Source: an uncultured Chloroflexia bacterium (GTDB taxonomy: Bacteria > Chloroflexota > Anaerolineae > Anaerolineales > UBA4823). Taken from it: 64,000 nucleotides of DNA. The translations under genes and the position numbers were made by a program. Positions 29,943-40,839 of the stretch are shown here, piece after piece. The stretch is taken from positions 582,802 through 646,801 of the forward strand of contig CAWGGJ010000003.1 of NCBI GenBank assembly GCA_963822175.1, in the 5' to 3' direction. The stretch's first letter is position 1; each line of letters begins with the position of its first letter. Below the pieces are notes generated by a model that saw nothing but the letters and a program-made list of their open reading frames with translations, had not been told where the DNA came from and did not search any database.

Positions 29943-30686
29943 ATGCCTGATCTCAAAATAAATGCCGTGGTGAATGGTCATCGTTTATTTGGATTACTTT
30001 CTGGTGAAGGCGCAACCACAGTAATTCTTGACGCAGGCTTGGGCAGCACCTCGGAAGATTGGTCAAAGGTTCAGCCAGCCGTAGCCACCTTTTCAAAGGT
30101 TTTCAGCTATGACCGGGCAGGGCTGGGGCAGAGCGAAAAGGCTCCAGTTCCAAGGACTTGCCAGGACATCATTGGCGACCTCCGGGATTTATTGTTATCC
30201 ACAGACCTTCACCCTCCGTATATTCTTGTCTCCCACTCGTGGAGCGCGATCAATGCTCGCTGGTTCGCAAATCAATATCCTAATGAAATTGCCGGGATGG
30301 TCTTAATTGACCCCGTTCATGAAAATAAATACGCGCAATTTGAAAAGGTTATTTCTGCAGAGCAGGCAGGCCGTATGTGGGCGTCTGTCAAAGACCCATC
30401 TAAAAACGATGAGAACATTGACCGGATTGCAAGTATCGCCCAGATTCATGGCAAACAAACCCTGTTTGACTTTCCGCTGATTATCCTCACCCGTCTCACC
30501 GATTCCGATGAACTGAATCAGATCGAGACAAATTTACAGGCTGAATTTTTGAGGTTGTCAGCCCACAGTAGGCAATATTTTTCAAAATACGACGATCACT
30601 TTATTCAAAGATCAGAACCTGAGCTTGTGATCGATTCGATTTGTCAAATTGTAGAATCAATTAAGCCAGGCAGTATGGATTTCTAA
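29943..30686 (+). CDS. Alpha/beta hydrolase
   Basis: The track ORF starts at 29904. ATG 29943 has GGAG upstream. Motifs: VILDAGLGSTSEDW, YDRAGLGQSE, nucleophile elbow LVSHSWSAINA. Confidence 0.8.
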   Translation: MPDLKINAVVNGHRLFGLLSGEGATTVILDAGLGSTSEDWSKVQPAVATFSKVFSYDRAGLGQSEKAPVPRTCQDIIGDLRDLLLSTDLHPPYILVSHSWSAINARWFANQYPNEIAGMVLIDPVHENKYAQFEKVISAEQAGRMWASVKDPSKNDENIDRIASIAQIHGKQTLFDFPLIILTRLTDSDELNQIETNLQAEFLRLSAHSRQYFSKYDDHFIQRSEPELVIDSICQIVESIKPGSMDF

Positions 30687-30810
30687 AACGCACCCTGCTA
30701 AGCGTTAGGTTGGAAGAATAAATCATTGATTACATCAATATTTCCCTCCATAAACGTCTTCCCAAATGCCTTCGCCAGTGGATTCAACAACCGGTGTGGT
30801 GCTGATGTTC

Positions 30811-31006
30811 TTTTTTGGGGGATTATCATCAAGGTTGTTCTTTGCCCGCAGCATCGCGAACGATTTGTGTGAGCGAGGTACGATGAGCGGTTTATGCGAA
30901 GAAGCAATCTTCTCCACAACTTAATGAATTCACATTCTGCATAAACCACGAAACCCGCCCTGCGGATTTTCTATCATTAGCCTGAGGATTATATCCATCA
31001 GCTAGC
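30811..31006. repeat. Mosaic hairpin-repeat locus B
   Basis: Colinear with 33125-33300 and with the reverse complement of 41492-41650: TTTTTGG..ATCATCAAGG...GCATCGCGAACGATTTGTGTGAGCGAGGTACGA.GAGCGGTTT.TGCGA...GCAATCTTCT...TGCATAAACCACGAAACCCGC. Confidence 0.85.
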
Positions 31007-31091
31007 CGTGACCCGTCTGCTGGTTTCTTTTTCCTCCATTTACCATAGCACTCAATACGGTGTATATTATCCATAACAGGCCCAAATAATT

Positions 31092-33031
31092 GTGAGGAGG
31101 ATAAGCATGGCTAAGAAGCGAATGATCACGCTGGCACTGACGGTTAGTTTGCTTGGTGTGCTGTTGGCTGTAGCTGGAATGACAGTCAGGGCTCAAAACC
31201 AGCAGGGTACTTCTTCAACAAATCAGGAGTTGTCGATAATTCCGGAATTAATTGGCCAAGTGGGTGGAACTAGCTATGCCAGTGCCTGGCAAGGTAATTA
31301 TGCATACCTGGGGGTCGGCCCAAAGCTGGTGATCCTGGATGTCTCAGATCCTTCAACACCCTTCATCACCGGGCAGACGGGGATTTTTCCGGATATAGTC
31401 CAGGGAATAAGCGTGGTGGGTAACGTTGCTTATGTGGCTGATTATACTGGAGGGTTACGAATAATCGATATCACGAACCCGGATACCCCTGCGGAAATAG
31501 GCTTTTACGATACAGGAAGTTACGCTAGTGCGATAGCGGTTGCTGGTAAGTTATGCTTATGTATCTGATGGATGGGATGGGTTAAGGATAATTGACATTT
31601 CTACCCCTCTGCACCGGCAGAAGTTGGGTTTTACGACACAGCAGGGTCGACTTATGACACGGTGATTCAGGGAGATTATGCTTATGTAGCTGATGCTGAT
31701 ACTGGGTTGCGCATCATCGATGTTTCTGATCCGCGAATCCGGCGAAGTTGGGTTTTACAACACACCAGGCTATGCGAATGGGGTTGATGTAGCGGGGAGT
31801 TTTGCCTATATTGCCGATTCATTCAACGGGTTGCGCGTTATCGATATCTCCAACCCGGCAGCACCAGTCGAAGTAGGTTTTTTCATCACTCCTGGTCGAG
31901 GCATTGAAAGTGGTGGTGGAGGGAAGTTATGCCTACGTGGCTGGCAGCGATAGTGGATTACGCATTATCGATATCTCCACCCCTACTGCTCCCGTGGAAT
32001 TTGGCTTCCTTGTCACCCCCGGTTTAGCCACTGGAGTATCTCTGGGGGAGAGCCATGCATATGTCGCCAGCCAGTGGGGTGGTTTACGTATCATCGATAT
32101 TTCACAACCAGCCGATCCCGTTGAAGATGGATTTTACCTTGCAAAACCTGCCATCGCTGTAAAAGTGGAGCTGGCAGGCACCCATGCATATGTCATCGAC
32201 GTGGAGGGGCTCCATATAATTGACACCTCGGACCCAACAGCCCCAACCGCAAGTGGTTTTTGCGCTATTCCTGGAGGCCCCTTTGCACTTACCGTATCAG
32301 GTGGATATGCCTACGTTGCGGCTGGATCGAATGGATTGCGCATTATCGACATATCCAACCCGGCGGCTCCGTTGGAGGTTGGATTCTCAAACACATTGGG
32401 TGGTGACGAAGATGTGGCGGTAAGGGGGAACTATGCTTATATCGCAGAAAGCTCACCAGGCAGGCTACATGTCATAGATATATCCGATCCGACACAACCT
32501 GTGGATGTAACCTGGCGCGATACCCCGGGATATGCCTTGGGGGTGACGGTGGTGGGGTCTTATGCGTACGTTGCTGATGCAGACTTTGGGCTATTCATCT
32601 TTGATATAACTAACCCCGCCGATCCAGTACAAACCGGTTATGTTAATACCCCGGGTCTTGCCGATGATGTGGCAGTGGCCGGAAATTATGCTTATGTTGC
32701 CGATGGGCCGATGGGAGGCTTACGCGTTATCGATGTCTCCGATCATGCAAATCCCACGGAAGTAGGGTACTTCCTCACCGATAGTGCCAGGGAGGTGGTA
32801 TTCGCCTATCCTTATGTCTTCGTGGCTGATTTTTTTATGGGGTTAAGGATTATTGATGTATCCGACCCAACCCTGCCCATCGAAGCTGGATTTTACGATA
32901 CTCCCAATTATGCCGCGGGAGTGGCGTCATTGGGTCCATATATATCCGTCGCTGATTTAGAGGGCGGGTTGGATATTTTTTATCTGTACAGAAATATTCC
33001 CAGCGTATATCTGCCCCTAGCTCAAAAGTAA
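31092..33031 (+). pseudogene. LVIVD-repeat beta-propeller surface protein, disrupted by at least 4 frameshifts
   Basis: Fragments are 31092..31568, 31693..31953 and 31904..33031 plus unlisted pieces. Signal peptide MAKKRMITLALTVSLLGVLLAVAGMTVRA. About 14 units of G.YAYVAD...[14 protein letters not shown]. The repeat pattern continues across every ORF break in a different frame. Confidence 0.85.
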
Positions 33032-33074
33032 GCAGGTGTGGATGATACAGTAATGTAACGGAGGTCTGGGAAGG

Positions 33075-33605
33075 AACACTTCCTCTCCAAATGCCGGTTT
33101 TGCATTTGGGCAGGGCTGCTGTCCTTTTTTGAGGTGTCATCGAGGGTGACCTTTACCCGAAGCATCGCGAACGATATGTGTGAGCGATGTACGAGGAGCG
33201 ATTTTTGCGACCAAGCCCCGAGTAATGCGAGGGGGTGGCAATCTTCTTCATAATTATTCGAATCCACCTTTTGCATAAACCACGAAACCCGCAGGGGACA
33301 TAAAAAATATTGTCATTGCGAATGCCTGGCGAACTTCCAGGCATGTGGCAATCTTCTTCATAGTTATCTGAAACCACCGCTGTGGAAATAAACGAATGCC
33401 GCATGACCGCTTTCGACGGTGGATGAATCCACTGTCTGCTTAAACCACAAAACCCGCACAGCGGGTTTTCTAGCACTAGCCGATGGATTTTATCCATCGG
33501 CACAGGGTATTAATCCCCCCTGCGAAGGATGGGTGAGCCTCTCAGCCACCTCCACGATCTTGGTGCGGTTCCCTTCTGCGAGGGAGCTGCCTGCATCCTG
33601 CTCCT
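33075..33605. repeat. Mosaic hairpin-repeat locus C
   Basis: CCAAATGC-CGGTTTT-GCATTTGG (33087-33109). Module colinear with locus B (33125-33300). GCCTGG-CGAACTT-CCAGGC (33323-33341). Three-hairpin block 33415-33501 nearly identical to 29481-29566. GGTGAGCC...CACC module at 33530-33600. Confidence 0.85.
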
Positions 33606-33807
33606 GAGAGGAGGACTTCTCTTGGAGGATGGTCAACCTTCAGATAATGGGATGGTGTATGTAGAGAAACAAGCCCCCGAACCTCCGAATATGGAACGCT
33701 TGCGAGACTGCGTCGTAAAGAGAGCTCCTTGTGGTTGGGTTTCGGGTGAAAGAACACCGCCTATCACCTGACCTACAAAGCATTGTTTGCAACCTTGTCT
33801 GCATTTT

Positions 33808-36800
33808 TCAACCGGGCAGTGCATTCCTCAAGCCAGCTCTTGGGCGGTAGCGTAACATGTCGCGCTGCAGACCACGCTGACGGGCAGCCTCGACGTCCTC
33901 TTCTGGCAGGTCGGCTGAGGCGGAGGTTACATACTGCCCGACAATTTTCTCCATCCATGGACTGACTTTCCAGATCGGATCATCCAACACCAGCGTGTAG
34001 AGCTCAACGGCTTGGACTGCCCGGCCTTCTCTGGCCAGGATCAAAGCCATGGCTGCCAGAGAATGCTTGAGAGCATGATGTGCGCGGGTTTTCACCGAAA
34101 TCTGCAGGGCTTCAACAAGGGCAACTATTAGCTGACTTCGGCCATGCCCAGTGTAGTAATGGATGTTCGCCAGCACTGCCAGCGCCCAGCCCAGCTCGTC
34201 TTGGTGACCCACCTGGCGATATAGATTAACCGACTCTTGCATGAGGTCATGCGCATCCAGGATTTCGCCCTGCGCCAGGGCACATCCGCCCAAGATCGAA
34301 TTTCGATAAAGCCATCTCTCTTCGTAGACCGTTTTCTAGCGCAAACTGCAATCCCATCTGTGTATAATATTTGACCTGATCATACTTTCCATGTAGCATC
34401 TTACCTAATCCGATAACCATATAAACAAAGGTGGAATTATAGCGATCACCCAGGTCTTGATACAATGGGAGACTTTGTTGCAACAAGCGGAAGGATTCAT
34501 CAAATTGGCCTTGCCAGACCAAAAGCCGGCCCATCCACATCAGCCCATCAGCCATGCTGCGCTTTATCGCCGATCGATTGATTTATCGCCAACGACTCAC
34601 GCATCAGGGATACGCATTTCTCAAGCAAACCAACCCGGCTAAAATTAAAAGCCAGCCAGGTAAGCGCATAAGCCAACCCGCGCTGGTCGTCCATAGCCCT
34701 GCGCATGGCAATACATTCCATCAATGGCTCGGTCGCCTCAGCATAATCCCCCGAATGCTGTAGGTTGATCCCCAGATCCACCAAGGCAGCTGCCAGGTGC
34801 CATTTGTCACCGATCTGCCGATAAAGCTCTACGCTCCTCTGCAGGTGCTCACGTGCCAGTTTGAGGTCAGCAGTAAATATGGCTTCGCCGGCTTCCAGCC
34901 AGATAAAAGCCTGTAAACGACGGACATCCTGGCCTGGCGATTCCAGGCGGCTGGCAAGTTCCACGGCTTCCTCCCACTGCTGGTGAGCAGGTTCAAGCTC
35001 ACCCAGCAATCGACTGAAGCGACTCTGCCAGATGTGCAGATGCGCTTGCAGGAAGCAAGATTGCGGGTTATCGGCACCTGCCAATCCATATACAACAGCC
35101 CTGGCAAGCACTCTGTCCTTCTTTAAAACGGGCACTGAGCTCATAATACAGGCACAACCCCTCCAGCCCATTGGTTAAAGGGTCGATCTCAGCCTGTTGG
35201 CAAGCCCAATCCCAGGCTGCCCGCACATCGTTGATCTGCTTATCCGCCTGTGCCAGCATGGCGATTTGCCCTGGTCCTTTGAACAAACTACTCCATCCAG
35301 TTGCTATCCTGAGGAAATATTCACTATGTGTCTGCCTGGTTGCCCTTTCCAATCCATCCTCAGCAAGGGTCAGCTTTTCCTGGCTGTACTGACGCACAAG
35401 ATCATGCATTTGATATTGGCCTTCAGATGTACTCCCCAATAAACTCTTGCCCACCAGCGCATGCAACACCTTCGGGGTGGCATCTGCCACTTCAAACGCG
35501 GCTTGCGCACTGAAGGCATTTCGGAAAACTGATAATTTCATCAGAACCTGCTTTTCGGGTAGACTGAGCAGGTCCCAGGAATATTCAAAGGTCGCTCGCA
35601 GGCTGCGCTGGCGTGCCGGCAAGTCCGCCCACTCCACCGATAGGAAGTCCAGGCTGCGCTCGATCTGCTCGGCGATCTCCCGTGTCGGATATTCGCCCAC
35701 CCAGCTGGCTGCCAGGATCAGGCTGAGCGGCATGCCCTCCACCACCCGGCAGATTTGGGCAATCCCCTCCAGGTCCTCGGGGAGATAACCCGGTTTCACC
35801 CGCCGAGCTGCCTCCAGGAACAGTGCCACTGCACTGTAGTCCAACACCTGTTTTACATCTATGGGTGGAATATTCATCCCTTTAATTGGGTACACCTGCT
35901 CCCCGCTCAATTCCAGCCTCACCCGGCTTGTCACCAGCAGCTTGCTTCCCGATGAAGCCACCAGTATCTCTGCCACCAGTCCTGCACTCTCCGTCACTGT
36001 CTCAAAACTGTCAAGCACTAGCAGCAACTTCTTGTTGCGTAGGTAGTCCAGTAGCTGCTGTTGGTGCTCCCCTTTTTCTCGGAAGTTGAAGCCCAATCTC
36101 TCCGCCAGGGCTGAGAGCAGCGAGCTACCCGTCCCAAGGGCAGATAGCGGAACGAAATACACCCCATCCGCGAAGTGATAGCGTTGCCGATGGGCGATCT
36201 CGAGTGCCAGGCGTGTCTTACCACTGCCACCCGTTCCCAGGATGCAGATCAGCCTGTGCCCGGGGTCGACCAGCCAGCCCCATAGCTCGGTCAGCTCTGT
36301 CTTCCGCCCGATGAAGGGCGTCAGGCTGGCGGGTAAATAGCCTGGTTCGGTCCCGGCTTGCTCGTTGCGCAGGCGCTGGTAAAGCAATCTGCTCTCCTGG
36401 CCTGGCTCGGCTCCCAGCTGTATGGCCAGTGTCTGGCGGAATGATCCATATTGCTCCAGTGCCTCCTCCCGCCGGCCCAAGAGAGCCAGCAAGCGTATAA
36501 TATGAGCATTGCCGGCCTCCCCCAGGTCGTCCAGCACCACCATCTTTTGCGCATACCTGAGGGCGTGGTCCAGCTCTCCCTGCTGTTCGAATGCCACCAC
36601 CAGGTTATCCAGCACCTCCATCACATCCAGGCGCAGCTGCTCGCGCAAGCACGGTAGCCCATTCCTCAAATCCCAGGCTCTTCGGCAGGTAAAACCCATC
36701 CAGGAAATCCCCAGCATACAGCTGGGCTGCCTCCTGGTAACGCTTCAAGCATTCTTCACATACTTTTTTTGGGGGATGGGCATGCGTTCTGCATGCATCT

Positions 36801-37174
36801 ACCAATCCTGAGAACTCAGCCACGTCCGTTATAAGATCACATTGTGGATTGAGCTGGATCTCCTGGGTGGTGACCAGCAGGCAGGGTTTGCGGGTCTGGT
36901 TGGTAGTTTCAACGGATAGGGTGCCTGCTTGCTCCCGATCGCCAAGGATACCTCGCAATTGGTACAGCGTCTGGCTCAAGCTGCCCCGGGCATGAGTTTC
37001 GTCAGACTCAGGCCAGAGCAAGCCAATCAGTTTTTCACGGGGGTGGGGATGATCTCTCTCAATTGCCAGGTATGCCAGCAAGGCACGCGCTTTATCGGAC
37101 TTGAGGTTGACCACAGAGTGTCCATCCATGCTCAATCTGTACAAGCCTAACAGCTTCAAGCTCAGGTGTGTCAT
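33808..37174 (-). pseudogene. SARP/AfsR-type regulator (winged-helix + BTAD + NB-ARC ATPase + TPR), split by 4 frameshifts
   Basis: Fragments are 36605..37174, 35068..36717, 34548..35171, 34247..34555 and 33808..34293. The first carries OmpR-type wHTH and the BTAD start (ARALLAYLAIE...LIGLLWPE...YAGDFLDGF). The second carries the rest of BTAD plus the Walker A motif ILGTGGSGKTRLA and LLVLDSFE. The last three are TPR repeats. Sequence continuity across each junction was checked by hand. Confidence 0.85.
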
Positions 37175-37409
37175 TCCATCCTCACCACAGTAAGCAGCCA
37201 GGAATTACCCGATAAAAGATTATGTCTAGTCATAGTATATCAAATTTCTAATGATAAATTAATCTTAAATCAGAGTTTAATGAGAGCGGTTTGTTACAAA
37301 TAGGATGGAGCCAATCTGAGATTGGTGAGTATTGATTTCACAGTAGATCAGATTGAGTGTGAGGGTCGCTCTTTCATAAATCCTTGGTAAATTGATTATT
37401 GGAGGTGTA

Positions 37410-40400
37410 ATGATGAACAAATCCCTTCGTTTATTTATTCCCCTCATTCTATTCTCCATGCTGGGAAGCTGCCATTGAGACCAGTCAGAGTCCACACAAG
37501 CAGCGCTTTCGGCCTTACAACCCGTTCCTGGGGCTGCGGAGATCCAGACGATCAAAGCCCCCATTGATCCAAATGTCTACCTGGCCCTGGAGAGCCAGGG
37601 TACAGCCCAGGTGCTGGTCATCCTGCAGCAGCAGGCAGACCTGAGCGGGGCCTCCCGGCTGCAAACCAAAGCCGAAAAAGGGGTATTCGTCTATGATCAG
37701 CTGACCAGGATCGCCGAACGAACCCAGGAACCCCTGCGCCTCTTCCTGGATTCCCGGGGGGCTGAATACAAGGCTTATTGGATCCAGAATATGCTCCTGG
37801 TAAGCCTGGATGAACAACTGCTTGCTGAATTAGCCCGCCAACCCGGGATTGAGCGCATCGAGAGCTATATTCCACCCGGAGTGGAACCGTTCGAGCAAAA
37901 TCTGGGGTTGGATTTTGGGAAAGAATTCGGTCCATTCCCTTCGGCCACATTATCTTCCGTATCCGATCGCAGCCTGGGTAGATATGGCACTGAATTTGGC
38001 CCGGCCAGCGCTGCAACCGTGGAATGGAACATACAGCGGATTGGTGCGGATGATGTCTGGGCGTCAGGTTTTACCGGGCAAGGTGTGGTGGTTGGCAGCC
38101 TGGATTCGGGCGTAGATTGGTCACATCCTGCGCTAGTCAACCATTACCGACCACAGATACCGGGCATGCCGGGACCTCATGATTACAACTGGTTCGACGG
38201 TATAGAAGGTTCTTTAGTGCCAAAAGATTATAGCTACCATGGTACGGTCACCATGGGTCCTATCGTAGGTGATGACGGTGCTGGTAATCAGATCGGTGTG
38301 GCTCCAGGCGCATATTGGATTGCTTGCCCTGGCACTACCAGTCCGTATGTAGGAATAATTGACTGCCTCCAGTGGTTCCTGGCCCCTACCAAGTTGGACG
38401 GAACAGATCCACGCCCTGACCTGGCTCCTGATGTAATTAATAATTCATGGGGATCAGGTATCGACTACCAGACTGCTTTTCACGCTTTATATGCTGCCGG
38501 CATTTTTTCTACTTTCATATCTGGTAACTCTGGTCCGCGTTGTAATACTCTGATTAACCCCAGCCAGTGGTCTGAAGGATTCACGAGCGGTGCCTTTGGG
38601 CAGGGAGATATCATTTGGGAATTCTCCAGCCGTGGGCCAGCACCAATTGGACATGAATTAAAATTCAAACCGGATATTGCAGCACCAGGAGTGAACGTAC
38701 GTTGCACTCTTCCAGGTGGCGGTTATTACCCCTCATGCACTGGAACCAGCTTAGCTGCCCCACATGTCACTGGAGCGGTGGCTTTGCTGATCTCTGCCAA
38801 CCCCGAGCTACATGGAAATGTCGATCTTATCCAAATGTTGCTTAAAACGAATGCGGAGCCCATGGCTACAGACGAATGTACACCAGCTGGTGGTGTTCCA
38901 AATAACGTATGGGGATGGGGAATCCTGAATGTCTATAATGCTGTGCTGGCAGCACAGGCACTTGAGTTGGGTGTAATCAAAGGGCTGGTGGTTGAAACCG
39001 GAAACCAGAACCCGATCGCAGATGTTCAGGTGACTTTTACAGATACAACTCTCGATTGGCCTTACTACGAAACGAGTGATGACCTGGGAAATTTCATACA
39101 CACATTGCCATCAGGGAGCTATGATCTCAAGGCCAGCCACTATGGATTCCTGGATAACACGATCAGCGGGGTGGAAATCAACCCGGGGATTACCATCACA
39201 CAGGATGTTGAGATGATACCCGCACCCGTATGGACTATAACAGGTGTGGTAACTGACTCTCAGACTGGCGAGCCGCTGCCTGCCTCCATTATTCTGGAAG
39301 GTACTCCTATTTCAACAAACACTGATCCCGAAAGTGGAGTTTATTCTGTGCAGGCGGCACAGGGAGAGTGGTGGCTGGAGGTGACCAGCCCTGGCTATGC
39401 CAAACAGGTACTTAAAATCGTATTGGATCAGGATAAGGTAATAAATTTCAGTATCGAACCAATCATCAATTATTATATGGCCCGTTCGGTGGATGGTCAT
39501 TGTGGACCACTATATGAATGGATCGATGCGAAATCTGGGGGAACAGCGCATCCATTGAGCGATGATGACAGTGAATATATCCCCTTCCCGGATGGGAGAG
39601 CATTTACTTTTTATGGCATTCAGTATAATGGCATCACTGTTGGCTCGAATGGTATTGCAACATTCGGTGAGGAAGGTAAATTATGGAGTGGACCTTTCCC
39701 TAATCAGGCAAACCCCAATAATGGTATCTATCCATTTTCCACCGATCTTGACCCATCAATGGGTCCGGGAAAGATTTACACGAAATATATCGATAACCGA
39801 TATTATGTGATCGAATGGTATCAGGTACAGCACTTCCCTCAAGGCAGGTCAGAGACTTTCGAGGTCATCCTTGACATGTTCACGGATGTTATCAAGATCC
39901 AATATCTGACCGTTGCTGATCCTTCGAATGCTGTTGTTGGGGTAGAGAATTCCGCAGGCACAGAAGGAACTCTCTATGCAGATGGAGACCCAGGATTAGT
40001 CGCTAACTACACGGCTGTCGAGTTCTACCCGGTGTTCGGTGCTCCACCTCCTTCAGGTGGATCTGGCGAGATGTTGGGCACGGTCACAGATCGTGACACG
40101 GAATTGCCGATTGAGGGGGCATTGGTTACTGCTGATGCATTCACATTCGGTGAAACTTTCACCTATACCACAGGCCTGACGGGCACTTATTCGGCTTCGC
40201 TTTGTGCGGATTGGTATGATGTAAAGGTTGAAGCATCAGGCTACATACCAAGCGCAGAAGTGCGCGCTTCGGTATATTCGGGCACACAGACCATCCAGGA
40301 TTTTGCGCTGCTACCGATTGTTTATCCTCCGAATGTAGTTACTCTAAGCGGTCCAGGTGAAGGCAGGGTGAATATTTCATATACTTTCACCGCCACGGTT

Positions 40401-40739
40401 GAGCCTGTTTCTACCACTCTACCGCTCACTTTCGTCTGGGAATCCGATGGACAAGTGCCCATCACCCACACCGGCGGGTTAACTGATACGGTAGATTTCA
40501 CCTGGGAATTTCCTGGTACACAGGTCATCACCGTCACAGCTAGTAATCTGGTTGGTGAAGTCTCTGCAAACCATATGATCACCATCACAACACCAATATA
40601 CCAAACATATCTTCCACTTATGATCAAACCCGCCGTACCACCTTTTGGATCGGTACCTGCCCCCTCCAGTCTAGATAGAGGGTTGCAATTGGGCTTACTC
40701 ACAATTGGGATTGTCGGCTGGAGGAAAAGGAGAGGATAG
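37410..40739 (+). pseudogene. Subtilisin-like S8 serine peptidase with I9 propeptide and C-terminal Ig/CarboxypepD_reg-like domains; in-frame TGA after the signal peptide
   Basis: ATG 37410 (GGAGGTG RBS) encodes MMNKSLRLFIPLILFSMLGSCH, then TGA (37476-37478). The same frame continues DQSESTQAALS...VLVILQQQADLS into track ORF 37611..40739. Catalytic motifs: VVVGSLDSGVDWSHP (Asp), YHGTVTMGPIVG (His), GTSLAAPHVTGAVALL (Ser). Confidence 0.8.
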
Positions 40740-40800
40740 GTATAAGCACTTGCCGGACGATAGATGGGTAAAAATATTCATGAAAAGCGATAAATAAACA

Positions 40801-40839
40801 GACCGGCTTCCAGGGTGATCTGGAAGCCGGTCCTTTTTT
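40801..40839 (+). terminator. Rho-independent terminator of the S8 peptidase gene
   Basis: GACCGGCTTCCAG (40801-40813) pairs with CTGGAAGCCGGTC (40820-40832), followed by CTTTTTT. Confidence 0.85.

Noticed and set aside
29198-33771. Track ORFs lying in the repeat loci. Examples: 29424..29900, 29620..29961, 30698..30949, 33153..33503 and 33529..33771.
   Set aside because: They overlap one another in several frames and coincide with the hairpin and palindrome modules. Conserved peptide strings such as NRSSY[LI]A.T.RSRC[FC]G only mirror DNA identity between repeat copies.
37476-37478. The in-frame TGA of the S8 peptidase as a second selenocysteine codon.
   Set aside because: The position lies between the signal peptide and the propeptide, not in a redox motif. 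I found no stable hairpin within ~40 nt downstream. A nonsense mutation is the simpler explanation.
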